A stretch of DNA of 64,000 nt. Source: Chiloscyllium plagiosum (lineage: Eukaryota). The stretch spans positions 19,219,905-19,283,904 of the forward strand of contig NC_057718.1 in the NCBI RefSeq assembly GCF_004010195.1. The letters run 5' to 3'. The notes under the pieces are model-generated. The model ran no database searches, had not been told where the DNA came from, and worked only from the letters and a program-made list of their open reading frames with translations. A program made the translations under genes and the position numbers. Below are positions 1-12,510 of the stretch, piece after piece. Each line of letters starts with the position of its first letter. Positions within the stretch are counted from its first letter, which is position 1.

Positions 1-159
1 TCTGCCCCTTCCTCACCCCCTCACACTGTAATCAGCCCTTCCCCCTCACCAACACTGTAATCAGCCCCTCTCCCTCTGTCTCACCCAGTCATGATATGCA
101 ATCACACATTTCATTGTAGCAGTTCAAATATTGTATATCTATTTCATTCTGAGGTTGAA

Positions 160-650
160 AGAATGATAGAGTCAGAGAGATGTACAGCATGGAAACAGAC
201 CCTTCGGTCCAACTCGTCCATGCCGACCAGATATCCCAAAATAATCTACTTCTACTTGGCCCACATCCCTCTAACCCTTCATATTCATATACTCATGCAG
301 ATGCTTTTAAATGTTGTAATTGTATCAGTCTCCACCAGTTCCTCCGGCAGCTCATTCCATACACGTACCACCTTCTGCGTGAAAACATTGCCCCTTAGAT
401 CTTTTTTACATCTTTCCCTACTCATCCTAAACCTATGACTTCTAATTCTGGACTCTCCCACCTGAGGGAAAAAAACCTTGTCTATTTATCCTATCCATGC
501 CCCTCATAATTTTATAAGGTCACCCTTCAGCCTCCAATGCAGCAGGGAAAACAGCCCTAGCCTATTCAACCTGTTCCTGTAGCTCAAACTCTCCAACCCT
601 GGCAACATCCTTGTAAATCTTTTCAGAACCCTTTGAAGTTTCACAACAAC
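160..650 (-). mobile_element. CR1-type LINE 3' fragment
   Basis: Decayed RT C-terminus (QRRFTRMLPGL..LSY..RL..LGLFSL) plus CR1 3'UTR. Confidence 0.85.
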
Positions 651-895
651 CCTCCTGATAGGAAGCAGACCAGAAATACACACAATATTCCAATCAATGA
701 AAAGTTTATGTGAACAAAGTAATTTCAAACAGGGGTGGCACCGTCAGAGTGCACAAGAGTAGCAGTTCCTATTCCCTGTGAAAATCTTTGATTTCTCATC
801 CAGACCCCCATTCCCCCATAGCTGCCCAGGCCCCCTGCTGACCACTTGGCCCATTCCCCTTCCTGACTATCTGGTCCAGGCTCATAGAACATAGA

Positions 896-991
896 GCTGA
901 AAATGTGTTGCTGGAAAAGTGCAGCAGGTCAGGCAGCATCCAAGGAGCAGGAGAATCGACGTTTCGGGCATGAGCCCTTCTTCAGGAATCT
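896..991 (-). mobile_element. Penelope-like element 3' mini-insertion (family A) carrying a hammerhead motif
   Basis: Same sequence family as the 3' ends at 27920-28040 and 57585-57675. Flanked by tagaacataga on both sides. Confidence 0.75.
958..985 (-). ncRNA. Minimal type I hammerhead ribozyme motif
   Basis: CUGAAGA-A-GGGC(UCAU)GCCC-GAAACGUC: intact catalytic core, stem II and palindromic ACGU stem III. Confidence 0.75.
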
Positions 992-3812
992 TAGAACATA
1001 GAACATAGAACATAGAAAAGTACAGAACAGAATAGGCCTTTAGGCCCAAGATGTTGTGCCGAGACTTAATCCTAATGTAAAATATAGTAACAACCTACAC
1101 ACCCCTCAACTCACTGCTATCCACGTGCATGTCCAGCAGTCGCTTAAATGTCCCCAATGACTTCGCTTCCACCACCTCAACTGGCAATGCATTCTATACA
1201 TTCACAACTCTCTGCGTAAGGAACCTGCCTCTGATGTCTCTTTTATACCTTTCTCCTAATATCTTCAAAATATGACTCCTCGTACCAGTCAATCCTACCC
1301 TGGGGAAAAGTCTCTGGCTATTGACTCTATTCATGCCTCTCATTATTTTGTACACCTCGATCAGGTCTCCTCTCTTCCTCCTTCTCTCCAGAGAGAAAAG
1401 TCCAAGCTTACTCAACCTTTCTTCATAAGGCATGCCCTCCAGTCCAGGCAGCATTCTGGTAAACCTTCTTTGCACCCTCTCCAAAGCCTCTATATCTTTC
1501 CCATAGTAGGGCTACCAGAACTGGACACAATATTCCAAGTGTGGTCTCACCAGGGACTTGTAGAGCTGCAGCAAAACCTTGCAGCTCTTAAACTCGATGC
1601 CCCTGTTAATGAAAGCCAAAACACCATATGCTTTCTTAACAACCCTATCCACTTGGGTGGCAACTTTGAGGGATCTATGTACTTGCACATTCAGATCCCT
1701 CTGTTCCTCCATACTGCCAAGATTCCTGTGTTTAATCCTATATTCAGCATTTGAGTTTGACCTTCCAAAATGCATCACTTCATATTTATCCAGGTTGAAC
1801 TCCATCTGTCATTTCTCAGCCCAGCTCTGCATCCTGTCTATGTCACGCTGCAGCCTGCAGTAGCCCTCGATACTATCGAAGACACCTCCAACCTTTGTGT
1901 CATCTGCAAATTTACTAACCCACCCCTAATAAGATTTGTGAGGCATGACCTGCCCCTCACAAAGCCATGCTGCCTGCCTTTAATCACACTATGCTTTGCC
2001 AAATAGTCATAAATCCTATCCCTCAGAATTCTTTCCACAACTTTGCTGACCACAGACGTAAGACTGACTGATCTGTAATTGCCAGGGATTTCCCTATTAC
2101 CCTTCTTGAAAAGTGGAACAATATTCGCCTCCTTCCAATCCTCCGGTACGACTCCCATGGAGACTGAGGAGACAAATATCCTCACCAGTGGCTTAGCAAC
2201 CTCCTTTCTCGCTTCCTGGAGCAGCCTAGGATAAATCTGGTCTGACCCTGGGGACTTATCAATTTCAATGTTTTCCAAAATTTCCAGCATATCAACTTCA
2301 TCAATCTTGATCTGGTCAAGACTGTATCCCAGCTCTCTAAGTTTTCATTCACAACAAGTTCCCTTTTCTTGGTGAAAACTGAAGTAAAAAACTCATTTAG
2401 GGCTTCCCCTATCTGCTCAGACTCCACACACAAGTTCCCTCCGCTATCCCTCATCGGCCCTACCTTCTCCCTGAGCATTCTCTTATTCCTCACGTATGAG
2501 TAAAACGCCTTTGGGTTCTCCCTAATTCGTCTTGCCAAGTCTTTTTCATGCCCCCTCCTGGCTCTCCTCAGTCCATTTCTGAGCTCCTTTCTAGCAAGCC
2601 TGTAATCCTCTAAAGCTGTGCGAGATCCTTGCTTCCTCCACGTAAGCTGCCTTCTTCCTTTTGACGAGAAGTTCCTCTGTTCTCGTCATCCAAGATTCCT
2701 TAATCTTACCCCTACTTACCTGTCTCAGAGAAACAAATTTGTGCATCACTCGCAACAACTGCTCCTTAAGTAGTCTCCACATGTCTGCTGTGCCCTTTCT
2801 GTGGAACAATTGCTCCCAGTCTATACTTCCCTACTCCTGTCTGATAGCGTCATAATTTCCTTTTCCTTAATTAAATATCTTCCCTCGGTAACTGCTCCTT
2901 TCCCTCTCCAAGGCTATGCTAAATGTGAGGCAGTTGTGATCACTTTCACCAAAGTGCTCTCCCACCATGAGAGCTGACACCTGTCCTGGCTCGTTGCCGA
3001 GCACCAAATCCAAAATGGCCTCTCCCCTCGTCGGTCTGTCTACGTACTGAGTTAGGAAACCCTCCTGAACACAGCTGACAAAAACGGCTCCATCCAAACC
3101 ATTTGCACTTAGGAGGTTCAAGTCGATATTGGGAAAGTTGAAATCACCCATAACAACAACCTTGCTAATTTTGCATTTTTCCAGAATCTGCCTGCCTATG
3201 AGATATTCAATCTCTCTACTGCTATTAGGTGGTCTGTAGAAAACCCTCAATGCGGTGGCTGTTCCCTTGCTGTTCCTAACTTCCACCCATACTGACTCAG
3301 TAGACAAACCTTCCTCAACAACCTTCATTTCTGTAGCTGTGATGCACTCTCTGATTAGCAATGCTGTACCCCCTCCTCTTTTTCCACCCTCCCTGTTCTT
3401 TTTAAGCGTTCTAAACCCTGGAACATCAAGCAACCATTCCTGCCCCTGTGAAACCCACGTCTCTGTTATGGCCACAACATCGTAGCCCTAAGTACTGATC
3501 CATGCTCTAAGTTTGTCACTCTTATTCCAGACACTCCTTGCATTAAAGCAAACACACTTTAACCGATCCCTATGTTTCATCGCATGAGAAACCTTCCTGA
3601 TAGATTCAATATATCCTGTCACTGTCCTGTCTGCAACTGCCCTCCTCTCAGACATGTGGCTCTGATTCCCACCCCCCCCGTCAAACTAGTTTAAACCCTC
3701 CTGAATCGCACGAGCAAATCTCCCACCCAGTATATTTGTACCCCTCCAGTTCAGGTGCAACCCATCCTTCATGTACAGGTCCCACCTTCCCCAGAAGGTA
3801 TCTCAATGGTCA
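992..3812 (-). mobile_element. CR1-type LINE, 5'-truncated: ORF1 esterase C-terminus, ORF2 APE endonuclease, RT with an internal deletion, (TTCTATG)n tail
   Basis: ORF1 FWGRWDLY.KDGLHLN (~3690-3810). APE motifs AITETW, GDFNFP, SDH (2867-3475). RT motifs QHGF..GRSCLTNL joined directly to SKFADDTK near 1927, so the RT middle is deleted. LEYCVQFW motif and tail repeats at ~992-1018. Confidence 0.93.
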
Positions 3813-3835
3813 CGGCCACGTGTTAAGCTGCATTC

Positions 3836-3990
3836 ACTGACTCTCCCTCCTGACCCTCCGGCCTAGTCACCCTGTTGATCCGCCAGCCCACTACCCCTAC
3901 TGACCCTCTGGCCCGCTCCCCTTGCTGACCCTCCGGCCCAATCCTTCTGTGACTCTCCGGCCCGGTCCCCTAATTCCTGACCCTCAGCTG
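3836..3990. repeat. Degenerate ~25-bp minisatellite (TGACCCTCCGGCCC core)
   Basis: About six imperfect repeats of tgaccctc[c/t]ggccc. Related units at ~800-880 suggest the CR1 inserted into this array. Confidence 0.55.
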
Positions 3991-4649
3991 CAAAAACTAT
4001 TTACCTCTCCCTGCCATCTGCTGTGACCTCCTGAGCAATGAGACTCACTCGTCCAGCTCATCCAATCACAAGTGCCAGCTCTCTCACCATTGTGGGCTCC
4101 TCCAATCACAGATTCTGTTTCTTGATGAGAGAGAGAGTACACACAATTGGTGCTTTGTTATGTCTCTCGGTATATTTTAAGAGATATGTTTAAGATACCT
4201 TAAGATGCATCATAGCACATATCCTGAGAGTGTAAGGTCTCTGACTCCATTTTCCCTTAGGTCATGTGCAGCATAGCACTCAATTGGAACCATGCTCCTT
4301 GTTATAAACTTCTAGCCTCCTAGTAACCCAGACTCCTGTGTGCCTGTGGAGTATAATGTTTGCACAAAATATGTTGTGACAAAATGCCTGTAAGACTTCA
4401 ATACCACCATGCCTACACTCAGTTTATCGTGATACAAGAGATAACAGAAGCTTTGTCACATCCCGTAAAAAAACCTGTTGGAAGCAAACTCAAAGTAATT
4501 GGAGGTGTTGAAGCATGCTGTGTGTAAGAGACTGATTAACTAGCCCGGTGTTTGAATTTTCAGGGCAATTTTGGGACTCCCAATGGTATAGTCGCTTCCA
4601 TTCCTGTGGATTTTGAGCACTCATTTGCAGGGCTCCCCCATCATTGAGG

Positions 4650-4960
4650 AGATGGTGGTGTAGTGGAAATTGAGGCTGGTAATCGAGAGGAGCAGGCTAA
4701 TACTATGGGGGTTCTATCGCAGCTGGTGAACTTTAAATCTGATTCAACTAGACATGAGAACTAGTCTCAGTGATGTCTTGTCACCATTGTCCCTCAGGGA
4801 AAGAAATCTGCCATCTTTACTTGGTCTGGCCTACATGTGATTCCAGATCCACAACAATGTGGTTGGCTCATAACTGCCTCCTGAAATGATCAAGCAAGCC
4901 ACTTAAATTAAGGACAATTCAAAACTAGTCTTGCCATTTGATACCCACATCCCATAGAAG
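4650..4960 (+). mobile_element. SacSINE/DeuSINE-like SINE, degenerate
   Basis: Shares the block gggaag.aaatctgccatc.ttac.tggtctggcctacatgtga.tccaga.ccac with the copies at 16105, 16870, 27345, 44545 and 50640. Confidence 0.6.
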
Positions 4961-5049
4961 AATATTTGAAAAAGTATGGAGTTTCCTCCTGCTCCCGTTT
5001 GTTGGTTAATTACCCAACACCATTCAAAACTCAATCTTAAAGGACTGCA

Positions 5050-6220
5050 GAGTTCAGATCTGATTCTTCGATTGAGGAATCATTTACCCTTTTCCATTGC
5101 TTGTTGTTTCTGTCATCTGTCATGAAAAGTAGTTCTGTGTTGTAGCTTCACCAGGTTGACATTACATTTTTAGGCATGCCTGGTGCCACTTCTGGCAATC
5201 CTACCCCCCAAAGCCCTCCCCACCCCCAAACCCGTCCCCCAGCCCACACTCTTCACTGAACCAGCATTGATCCCCTGGATTGATAGTAATAGTGGAGTGG
5301 AGGACATGACAGGCCATGAGATTGCAGATTGTGTTTGAATACAGTTCCCTGCTGCTGCTGTGAATGGCCCACACTAATTCATGGATGTTGGGATTTGTCC
5401 CATTTGTCCCATTCATCAGGATGGTAGTGCCACACAACACAGTGAAGGATATCCATCAGACTTCCTCATCACTTGGCTTGTGCAGTGGTCACTCCTATCA
5501 ATACTCTCATGGTGTTCCTCACCACTGACACAGTCTGACAGTTATGTCCTTTAGATTCAGCCAGCTTGGTCAATAGTGGTGCTGAGGAGCCACTATTACT
5601 GATGGACATTGAAGTCTCCCATCCTGTGTAGATTCTGTACTCTTGGAACTACTCAATGCTTCCTCCAATTGGTGTTCAACGTAGAATAGTGCTGGCTTAT
5701 CAGCCAAAGGGCTGTAGGAGGTTTCCTTGTCTCTGTTTGACTCAGTGGCATGACAATTCAAAGTCAATATTTAGGACTGATGTGACCATTTCACACAGTC
5801 CATCAGCTCTGTTGGATCTGTCCTGCCAATGGGACAGACATAACCAGAAACTATTATGGTGATGTCTGCGATATTGTTGAAAGGCAAAGTCACCATAGTC
5901 CATGGTATTGCTCTCTAATTGGAGATTTAATCTCAGGCATGGGTCAATTTAGAGAGAGTCCTTCATAGTGACCTCAGTCAGCACAGGATTTAAACCGACA
6001 CTATTAGCATCACTCTGCGTCTCAAACAAATCATTCAGCCAACTGAGCTAACCAACCTCCAGTATAGTCTGTAAGATATGATTTGAAGAACATGACTATG
6101 TCAGACTGTTGCGTGATGAGTTTGTGGGACTGTTTTCCTAGTTTTGACACAAACCCCTAAATGTGAGTAAGGAGGATGTTGCAGGGTGAATCGGGCTGTG
6201 TTTGCAGTTATGTCCAGTGC
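5050..6220 (-). mobile_element. Old CR1/L2-like LINE fragments (endonuclease region), interrupted by a SINE at ~5890-6055
   Basis: Reverse strand shows a GDFN-like motif (gggagacttcaatgtccatca) and other decayed APE segments. Confidence 0.5.
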
Positions 6221-6934
6221 CTAGGTTGAAGCCTTTTCTAAATGGCACCTACAAGATCAAAGCTGCACTGTCATAAAAAAACCACATCATAATGGCACAG
6301 AGGGAGGCCATTCAGCCCATCTTGTCCAAGCAAATAAATGGCACGAATATGACTTCAATTGATTAGTAATTGGCAAGGAACTGTTTAACTTATAAAACAA
6401 TGTTAAAATGCAAATATGCATTTGGTTTATCATAATTACAACTTTGGTAGTTACTAAAATTAAATGATTTGTCAGGCGGGACAACAATAAAACTTGTCTT
6501 TATTCATTTGTGCAACCATTACTTTATAGGAAATTATGTTTAACGATTGGGATAGACAATTAGAATTGATGGTCTCCCTATTCCCTGAGTCAGGAAATTA
6601 TTCTACCCTCTTGTTGCTGGATACACTCGGCAATACATTTGTGGCTCTGTTAACCATTGCTGCCACCTATGGTGATATTTCTACATTACACCCTGTCTGA
6701 CAGACTGGCCTCCACCCTTTTAAATTACAGAATTAATATTTTTTGAAAAGTAACGTTTCAACTTGGGAAGGAAAGGTTGCAAATTCTTTATTTTTATCAC
6801 CTACCTCATTTTTGACAGGATTTTCAGTGATGTTGTCAAACTGTGGGCTAATACAGAATCTGGAATGTAAGTTTTTAAATTGCGTCCTTACCATTCAGTT
6901 CCACATTTTGGCAAATGAAGATGTTAAGATTGTA

Positions 6935-7380
6935 CAAATCACACAACATCAGGTTATAGTTCAACAGGTTTATTTGGAAGCACTAGCTTTCTGAGCACTG
7001 CTCCTTCAACAGGTGGTTGTGGAGAATAAGATTGTAAGATACAGACTTTATAGCAAAAGTTTCCAGTGATGTAACTGAAATTATATATTGAAAAAGACCC
7101 GAATTGTTTAAGTCTCTCATCTTTTAGAATGACCATGTTGGTTTCAGTTCTTTCATATGTAAATCGCAAAACATTTTTTAAAAGTTACATTCTCAAGTGC
7201 ACTTTAACAATTGGTGTCATGTTGGCCCAGATAAGGTATTGAAGGGGTTAACTCCCTGTGAGGCTGCCTGTGCCACAATGATCAGACTGATTCTAATCTA
7301 AAAAAATGATTTAAAGAATCTTACATTTGAACAAAGTAAAATGAAATTCTGCAAGTACAAATGCACCCCACAAACTTACA
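6935..7380 (-). mobile_element. Penelope-like element 3' end (family B) with a degenerate hammerhead, followed by (TG)n-rich sequence to ~7545
   Basis: Near-identical to 8235-8460. Hammerhead core mutated to CUGUUGA...AGAAAGCUA. Confidence 0.65.
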
Positions 7381-7544
7381 TGCGTATGTGTGCATGTGTG
7401 TGTGTTGGTGGGGGAGTGGTAGTTATGAGTGTCTGTAAAAGGGTGTGTGTATGTAAAAGGGTTTAAGTCTGTCACAGGGTGTGTGTGGGAGTGTATGAGA
7501 GAGGGTCTGAGTGTGTGTGTGTGTGTGTGTGTGCATGTGTGTGT

Positions 7545-7766
7545 CCATTAGTCCATTTCTTGTGGACAGCGAAGAGGGTTACCTCAGATTACAACCTGGA
7601 CCAGATGGGCCAATGGGCTGAGCGGTAGCAGATGGAGTTTAATTCAGACAAAGGCGAGGTGGTGGATTTTGGGAAAGCAAATCTTAGCAGGACTTATACA
7701 CTTCATGGTAAGGTCCTAGGGAGTGTTGCTGAACAAAGAGACCTTGGAGTGCAGGTTCATAGCTCC
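7545..7766 (+). mobile_element. CR1 RT fragment, abruptly truncated at the palindrome boundary
   Basis: Decayed QMEFN..K.EV..FG..N...DLGVQVH motif. Confidence 0.75.
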
Positions 7767-8285
7767 CAGTCCCAAACATAAAGAAGAAATAATTTGTAAT
7801 CTGTTCTTCATTTTTAAAATTGAAATTCACCTCTTTTTGTATTAATTCTGAAATTTGAAGGGATTGATGTCAAACAATATGTTCTAGAATGTTCTGACAC
7901 AGAGACAAAACTGGTCTCTCCTGAGTTAAAGAAAACACCCTCACTTCTAATTAATTGATAGTGCTTTGAGGGAGGCCTACAGTTTGGCTTTTATTTCCAA
8001 GGTCATCTCCTCTTCAGTCAATTGAGGCTCAGTGCACTACTCATGGAGCAGCTGGGAGATGCAAATAGAGCCCATTGATGGAATTCAGGTGCCTGCTAAG
8101 TCAGGTGTCATGCTATTATGGAGCTTTGCTCCCTTGTTCCTCCTGTTTCCATGGGCGACATGATATTGGTCGTGGTATTGGTCCAATCCTAACATGATTT
8201 GGAGTCGCCGGTGTTGGACTGAGGTGTACAAAGTTAAAAACCACACAACACTAGGTTATAATCCAACAGGTTTATTTGGAAGCAC

Positions 8286-8314
8286 TAGCTTTCGGAGCGC
8301 CGCTCCTTCATCAG
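8286..8314 (-). ncRNA. Minimal hammerhead ribozyme motif (family B)
   Basis: CUGAUGA-A-GGAGC(GGC)GCUCC-GAAAGCUA, stem I CAC/GUG. Confidence 0.7.
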
Positions 8315-8667
8315 GTGGTTGTGGAGAATAAGATTGTAAGACACAGAATTTATAGCAAAAGTTTCCAGCGTGATGTAACTGAAATTATATATTGAAAAAG
8401 ACCCAGATTGTTTGTTAAGTCTCTCATCTTTTAGAATGACCATATTGGTTTTAGTTCTTGAGTTGGCATCAGTGTGCTTGAGAATGCAACTTTTAAAAAA
8501 AGGTTTTGCGATTTACATATGAAAGAACTGATACCAACATAGTCTTTCTAAAAGATGAGAGACTTAACAAACAATTCAGGTCTTTTTCAATATATCATTT
8601 CAATTATATCACACTGGAAACTTTTGCTATAAATTCTGTGTCTTACAATCTTATTCTCCACAACCAC

Positions 8668-8696
8668 CTGATGAAGGAGCGGCGCTCCGAAAGCTA
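8668..8696 (+). ncRNA. Minimal hammerhead ribozyme motif (family B)
   Basis: CTGATGA-A-GGAGC(GGC)GCTCC-GAAAGCTA with palindromic AGCT stem III and stem I CAC/GTG. Confidence 0.7.
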
Positions 8697-9629
8697 GTGC
8701 TTCCAAATAAACCTGTTGGATTATAACCTAGTGTTGTGTGGTTTTTAACTTTGTACACCTCAGTCCAACACCGGCGACTCCAAATCATGTTAGGATTGGA
8801 CCAATACCACGACCAATATCATGTCGCCCATGGAAACAGGAGGAACAAGGGAGCAAAGCTCCATAATAGCATGACACCTGACTTAGCAGGCACCTGAATT
8901 CCATCAATGGGCTCTATTTGCATCTCCCAGCTGCTCCATGAGTAGTGCACTGAGCCTCAATTGACTGAAGAGGAGATGACCTTGGAAATAAAAGCCAAAC
9001 TGTAGGCCTCCCTCAAAGCACTATCAATTAATTAGAAGTGAGGGTGTTTTCTTTAACTCAGGAGAGACCAGTTTTGTCTCTGTGTCAGAACATTCTAGAA
9101 CATATTGTTTGACATCAATCCCTTCAAATTTCAGAATTAATACAAAAAGAGGTGAATTTCAATTTTAAAAATGAAGAACAGATTACAAATTATTTCTTCT
9201 TTATGTTTGGGACTGTCACCCATCTTGTTCGAGCAAGATTTTCAGTGGGGCTAAGGAGAGATAAAGGAGATTTGCGCATGGGCATATGGATTAGGAGGAG
9301 TAGTATGGCCATTCAGCCCTTCAAGCCTACTGTAGCATTCAAGAGATCATGGCTGATGTGTTCTACTCTAAAACCCATATGCCTATCCATCCCCAATAGT
9401 CTTCAGTTTCCCCCTTGCCTATCCACAAAAATCTAACTACCTCCGTTTTAAAAATTTAAAATACCCCCCAGTGCTTGACTCACTTACAAGAGTTAACATC
9501 ATTTCCACTTTCAATTTGTCAAGACCATGCAGGATTTTATAAACTTCCTTCGAAATCATCCCTTGCTCTGCAAAACTGCAGTAGAAAAAGCCCATTTATC
9601 TGATCACAATAATCAGAGCAGAGCACTTC

Positions 9630-10040
9630 AGTGTAACAGTAAAAGGAGGTTTGCTTGTGCTGTTGGGGAGGTTTTAAACTGATTTGGCAGGGCTTGGGGC
9701 ACAGAGTCAATGTTAAGTTGGGAACAAGATCCAGTCAGATATGGAAGGAATGTTGGGACAGTCCAGTAGGCGAAGAAGACGTGGGCAGGGTAAGGCACAT
9801 GGGAGATTGAGAAAGCTAAATAATGCAAGGAGTTTGACTGGTAAGGAGAATAAACTTACAGCATTAATCAGCATGTGGGAATATGATATTGTTGCAATCA
9901 CTGAGTCATGGTTGGAGGAAGGACAAGACTGGCAGCTTAACATTCCCGTTTCAGGCATGACTTGGGAGAGAGTTGGGGATGGGGGCTAGGGCACATTGGA
10001 TTATTGATGAAAGAAACCATCACTGCAGTCATGTGGGAAG
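9630..10040 (+). mobile_element. CR1 fragment: ORF1 end and ORF2 APE start
   Basis: NARSL..K...L.ALI....YDIVAITESWL..GQDWQLNIP (ORF 9741-9989). Confidence 0.8.
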
Positions 10041-10157
10041 ATATCCTAGAAGTGCTACTCCTGGTATCCTGGCTAACATTTATATCCTTACAGACAGATT
10101 GCCAGGTCATTATCATGTTGCTGTTTTTGAGAGCTTGCTGTATTTCCAACATTTATG

Positions 10158-10470
10158 ATTAGATTCCCTACAGTGTGGAAACAGGCCCTTTAGCCCAACC
10201 AGTCCACACTGACCCTCCAAAGAGTAACACACCCAGACCCATTTCCCTCTGACTAATATACCTAAGACTATGGGCAATTTAACATGGCCAATTCACCTAA
10301 CCTGCATACCTTTGGACTGGGGGAGGAAACCGGAGTACCCGGAGGAAACCCATGCAGACACAGGAAGAAGGTGCAAAATCCACACAGCCAGTCACCCGAG
10401 GCTGCAATTGAACCTGAGACCCTGGTGCTGTGAGGCAGCTGTGCTAACCACTGAGCCACCGTGCTGCCCC
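10158..10470 (-). mobile_element. HE1-like tRNA-derived V-SINE
   Basis: tRNA head GGCAGCACGGTGGCTCAGTGGTTAGCAC, V-domain ggtttcctcc...ccggtttcctccc, and a CR1-like tail. Confidence 0.85.
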
Positions 10471-11109
10471 ATTGGGTGTAAAGTATTTTGAATTGTCCAA
10501 TGACTGTGAAAGTTGGTAAATAAATGCAATTCTTCTCTTTTTCTTATAATGGGAGACCATTATATAATGGTCTTGAGACATCAAGACCTTATCCTGGGGA
10601 TCATTTGTGAACACAGATGGGTATTACAATCACAAAATTTTACAGTACAAAAGGAGGCCATTCCGCCTACCAAGTCTGTACTGGCTTTGCTCCTTTTTTA
10701 ATCATTTCCATGAGTCTGTTTTTGTTTGCCAAGAATCAATTGTCCATTGGTCAGATTTATTGCCCATTATACAGATGTTAATACTCAGACATACAATGTA
10801 AGACTGTTGTCACATGTAGGCCAGATTGGGTTAGATTGACTAATTGTCATCCCTGAAGGACAATGGCGAACGAATTAGGTTTCCACAATAGTCCTGTTGG
10901 TTTCAAGGTTGTTGAGTCTGATGGCAGCCCAGAAATGATTAGATGTACTGACTTCAATTTCCAATCTGGTCAGAGTGAGATTTGAACTCACAATCTCTGG
11001 ATTGCCAGTCCACTCCAAGACCACTCGGTACCCATTTTTAAAGGGCATGCATTATTTTGCTCTTACACGGCAAGTTGAAAATTAAGTTGTGTTTCCCATT
11101 AATTCCAAA

Positions 11110-12510
11110 ACCTGGATGAACTGGGAAATCCGCTGCCTATTGAAGACCAGGTGTGTGACATTCAAGTCAGAGTAAACCCAAGAAAGTGACTGGCACAGAC
11201 AGAGTCCCCAGCCATGCACTCAGATCCTGTGTGTACCAGCTGGTGAAAGTATTCACTGATGTCTTCAACCTCTCCTTGTTACAATCTGAAATCTCCACCT
11301 GCTTCAAGAAAACCACCATCATCCCAGTACCAAAGAAACAGCTGTAGCGTACCTCAGTGGCTCTGACTTCTATAACCATAAAGTATTTCGAGAGACTGGT
11401 CATGATCCACATCAACTCCAGTCTCCCAGCCTGCCTCAATCTCCTGCAATTTGCCTACTGGCCCTGCATTCATCTCTGGAACATTTGGACAAGGACACCT
11501 AAGTCATGCTCCTACTCATCGACTACAGCTCTGCTTTTAACACTATATTCTCAACCAAGCTAATCTCCAATCTCCGAGACCTAGGCCCTTAGCTACTGGA
11601 TCCTCCACAAACCACAATCAGTGAAGGAAGAAAGCAGCACCTCCCCCACGATAATCCTCAACACCAGCTCCCTACAAGGATGCATACTCAGCTACCTACA
11701 GTACTCTGTGTACACCTACAACTGTCTACACCTACAACAATCTATCCCACATTGTCAGCAAAGCTAATGAATTAGTTATTGACTTCAGGAAGAAAAGAGG
11801 AGGACATGCCCCTATCTACATCAACGGAGCTGAGATGGAGTGGGTCGACAGCATCATGTTCCTTGGAGTGACGATACCAACAATCTGTCATGGACCTCCC
11901 ACACAGATGGGATGGTCACGATGACACAACAATGCCTCTTCTTCCTCAGGAGGTTTTGGAAATTCGGCAAATCCATAAGGGCCCTCAGCAACATTTACAG
12001 ATGCACCATAGAAAGTATATGGTCCGGGTGCATAATGGCCTGGTACGGCAACTGCTCTACCCAGGACCAGAGCAAACTACCAAAGGTTGTGTGCACAGCC
12101 CAGACCATTAGAGAAGCCAACCTCCCATCCATGGTCTCCATTTACACTTCTTGTTGCCATGGAAAGGCTGCCAATATCTTCAAAGACCCTTCCCACCTGA
12201 TAATGCTCTCTTTCAACCTCTTCCATCAGGCAGAAGATACAGAAGCTTAAACTCACATACCAACAGGTTCAAGATCAGCTTCTTCCCAGCTGTTATTAGA
12301 CTGCTGAATGGACCTCTCTAATTTCAAATCTAATATTGACCTTGTTTTTGTGCACCTCCTATGCTGCTGTAACCTTGTATGCCTCACTCTGTCTAAGCAC
12401 CTATGATCTGTATGTCCTTGTTTGTTATGATCTGCCTGTACTGCTCACAAAACAAAGCTTTTCACTGTACTCCAGTACATGTGACAACAATAAATCAAAT
12501 TAAATCAAAC
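11110..12510 (+). mobile_element. Rex1/Babar-like LINE, 3' portion, decayed
   Basis: VALTS..K.FERLV and Q..LFFLRR..KFG...YRCTIESI.SGCI.AWYGNC motifs. Ends in an aataaatcaaat-type tail. Confidence 0.8.

Larger units (their letters stand above)
8193..8789. mobile_element. Tail-out inverted pair of family-B Penelope-like 3' ends
   Basis: Minus copy ~8193-8458 and plus copy ~8480-8789, each with a hammerhead motif. Confidence 0.7.
7767..9215. repeat. Long inverted repeat: arms 7767-8368 and 8614-9215 (602 bp each), inner diverged arms and a short spacer
   Basis: Direct reverse-complement comparison by eye found no mismatch. Paired coordinates sum to 16982 at both ends. Confidence 0.95.

Noticed and set aside
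2867..3475. 202-aa endonuclease ORF as a host gene
   Set aside because: It is the APE domain of the surrounding frameshifted CR1 element.
10380..10470. tRNA gene-like sequence (also at 24277, 33560 and 58050)
   Set aside because: These are tRNA-derived SINE heads continuous with V-SINE bodies, not stand-alone tRNAs.
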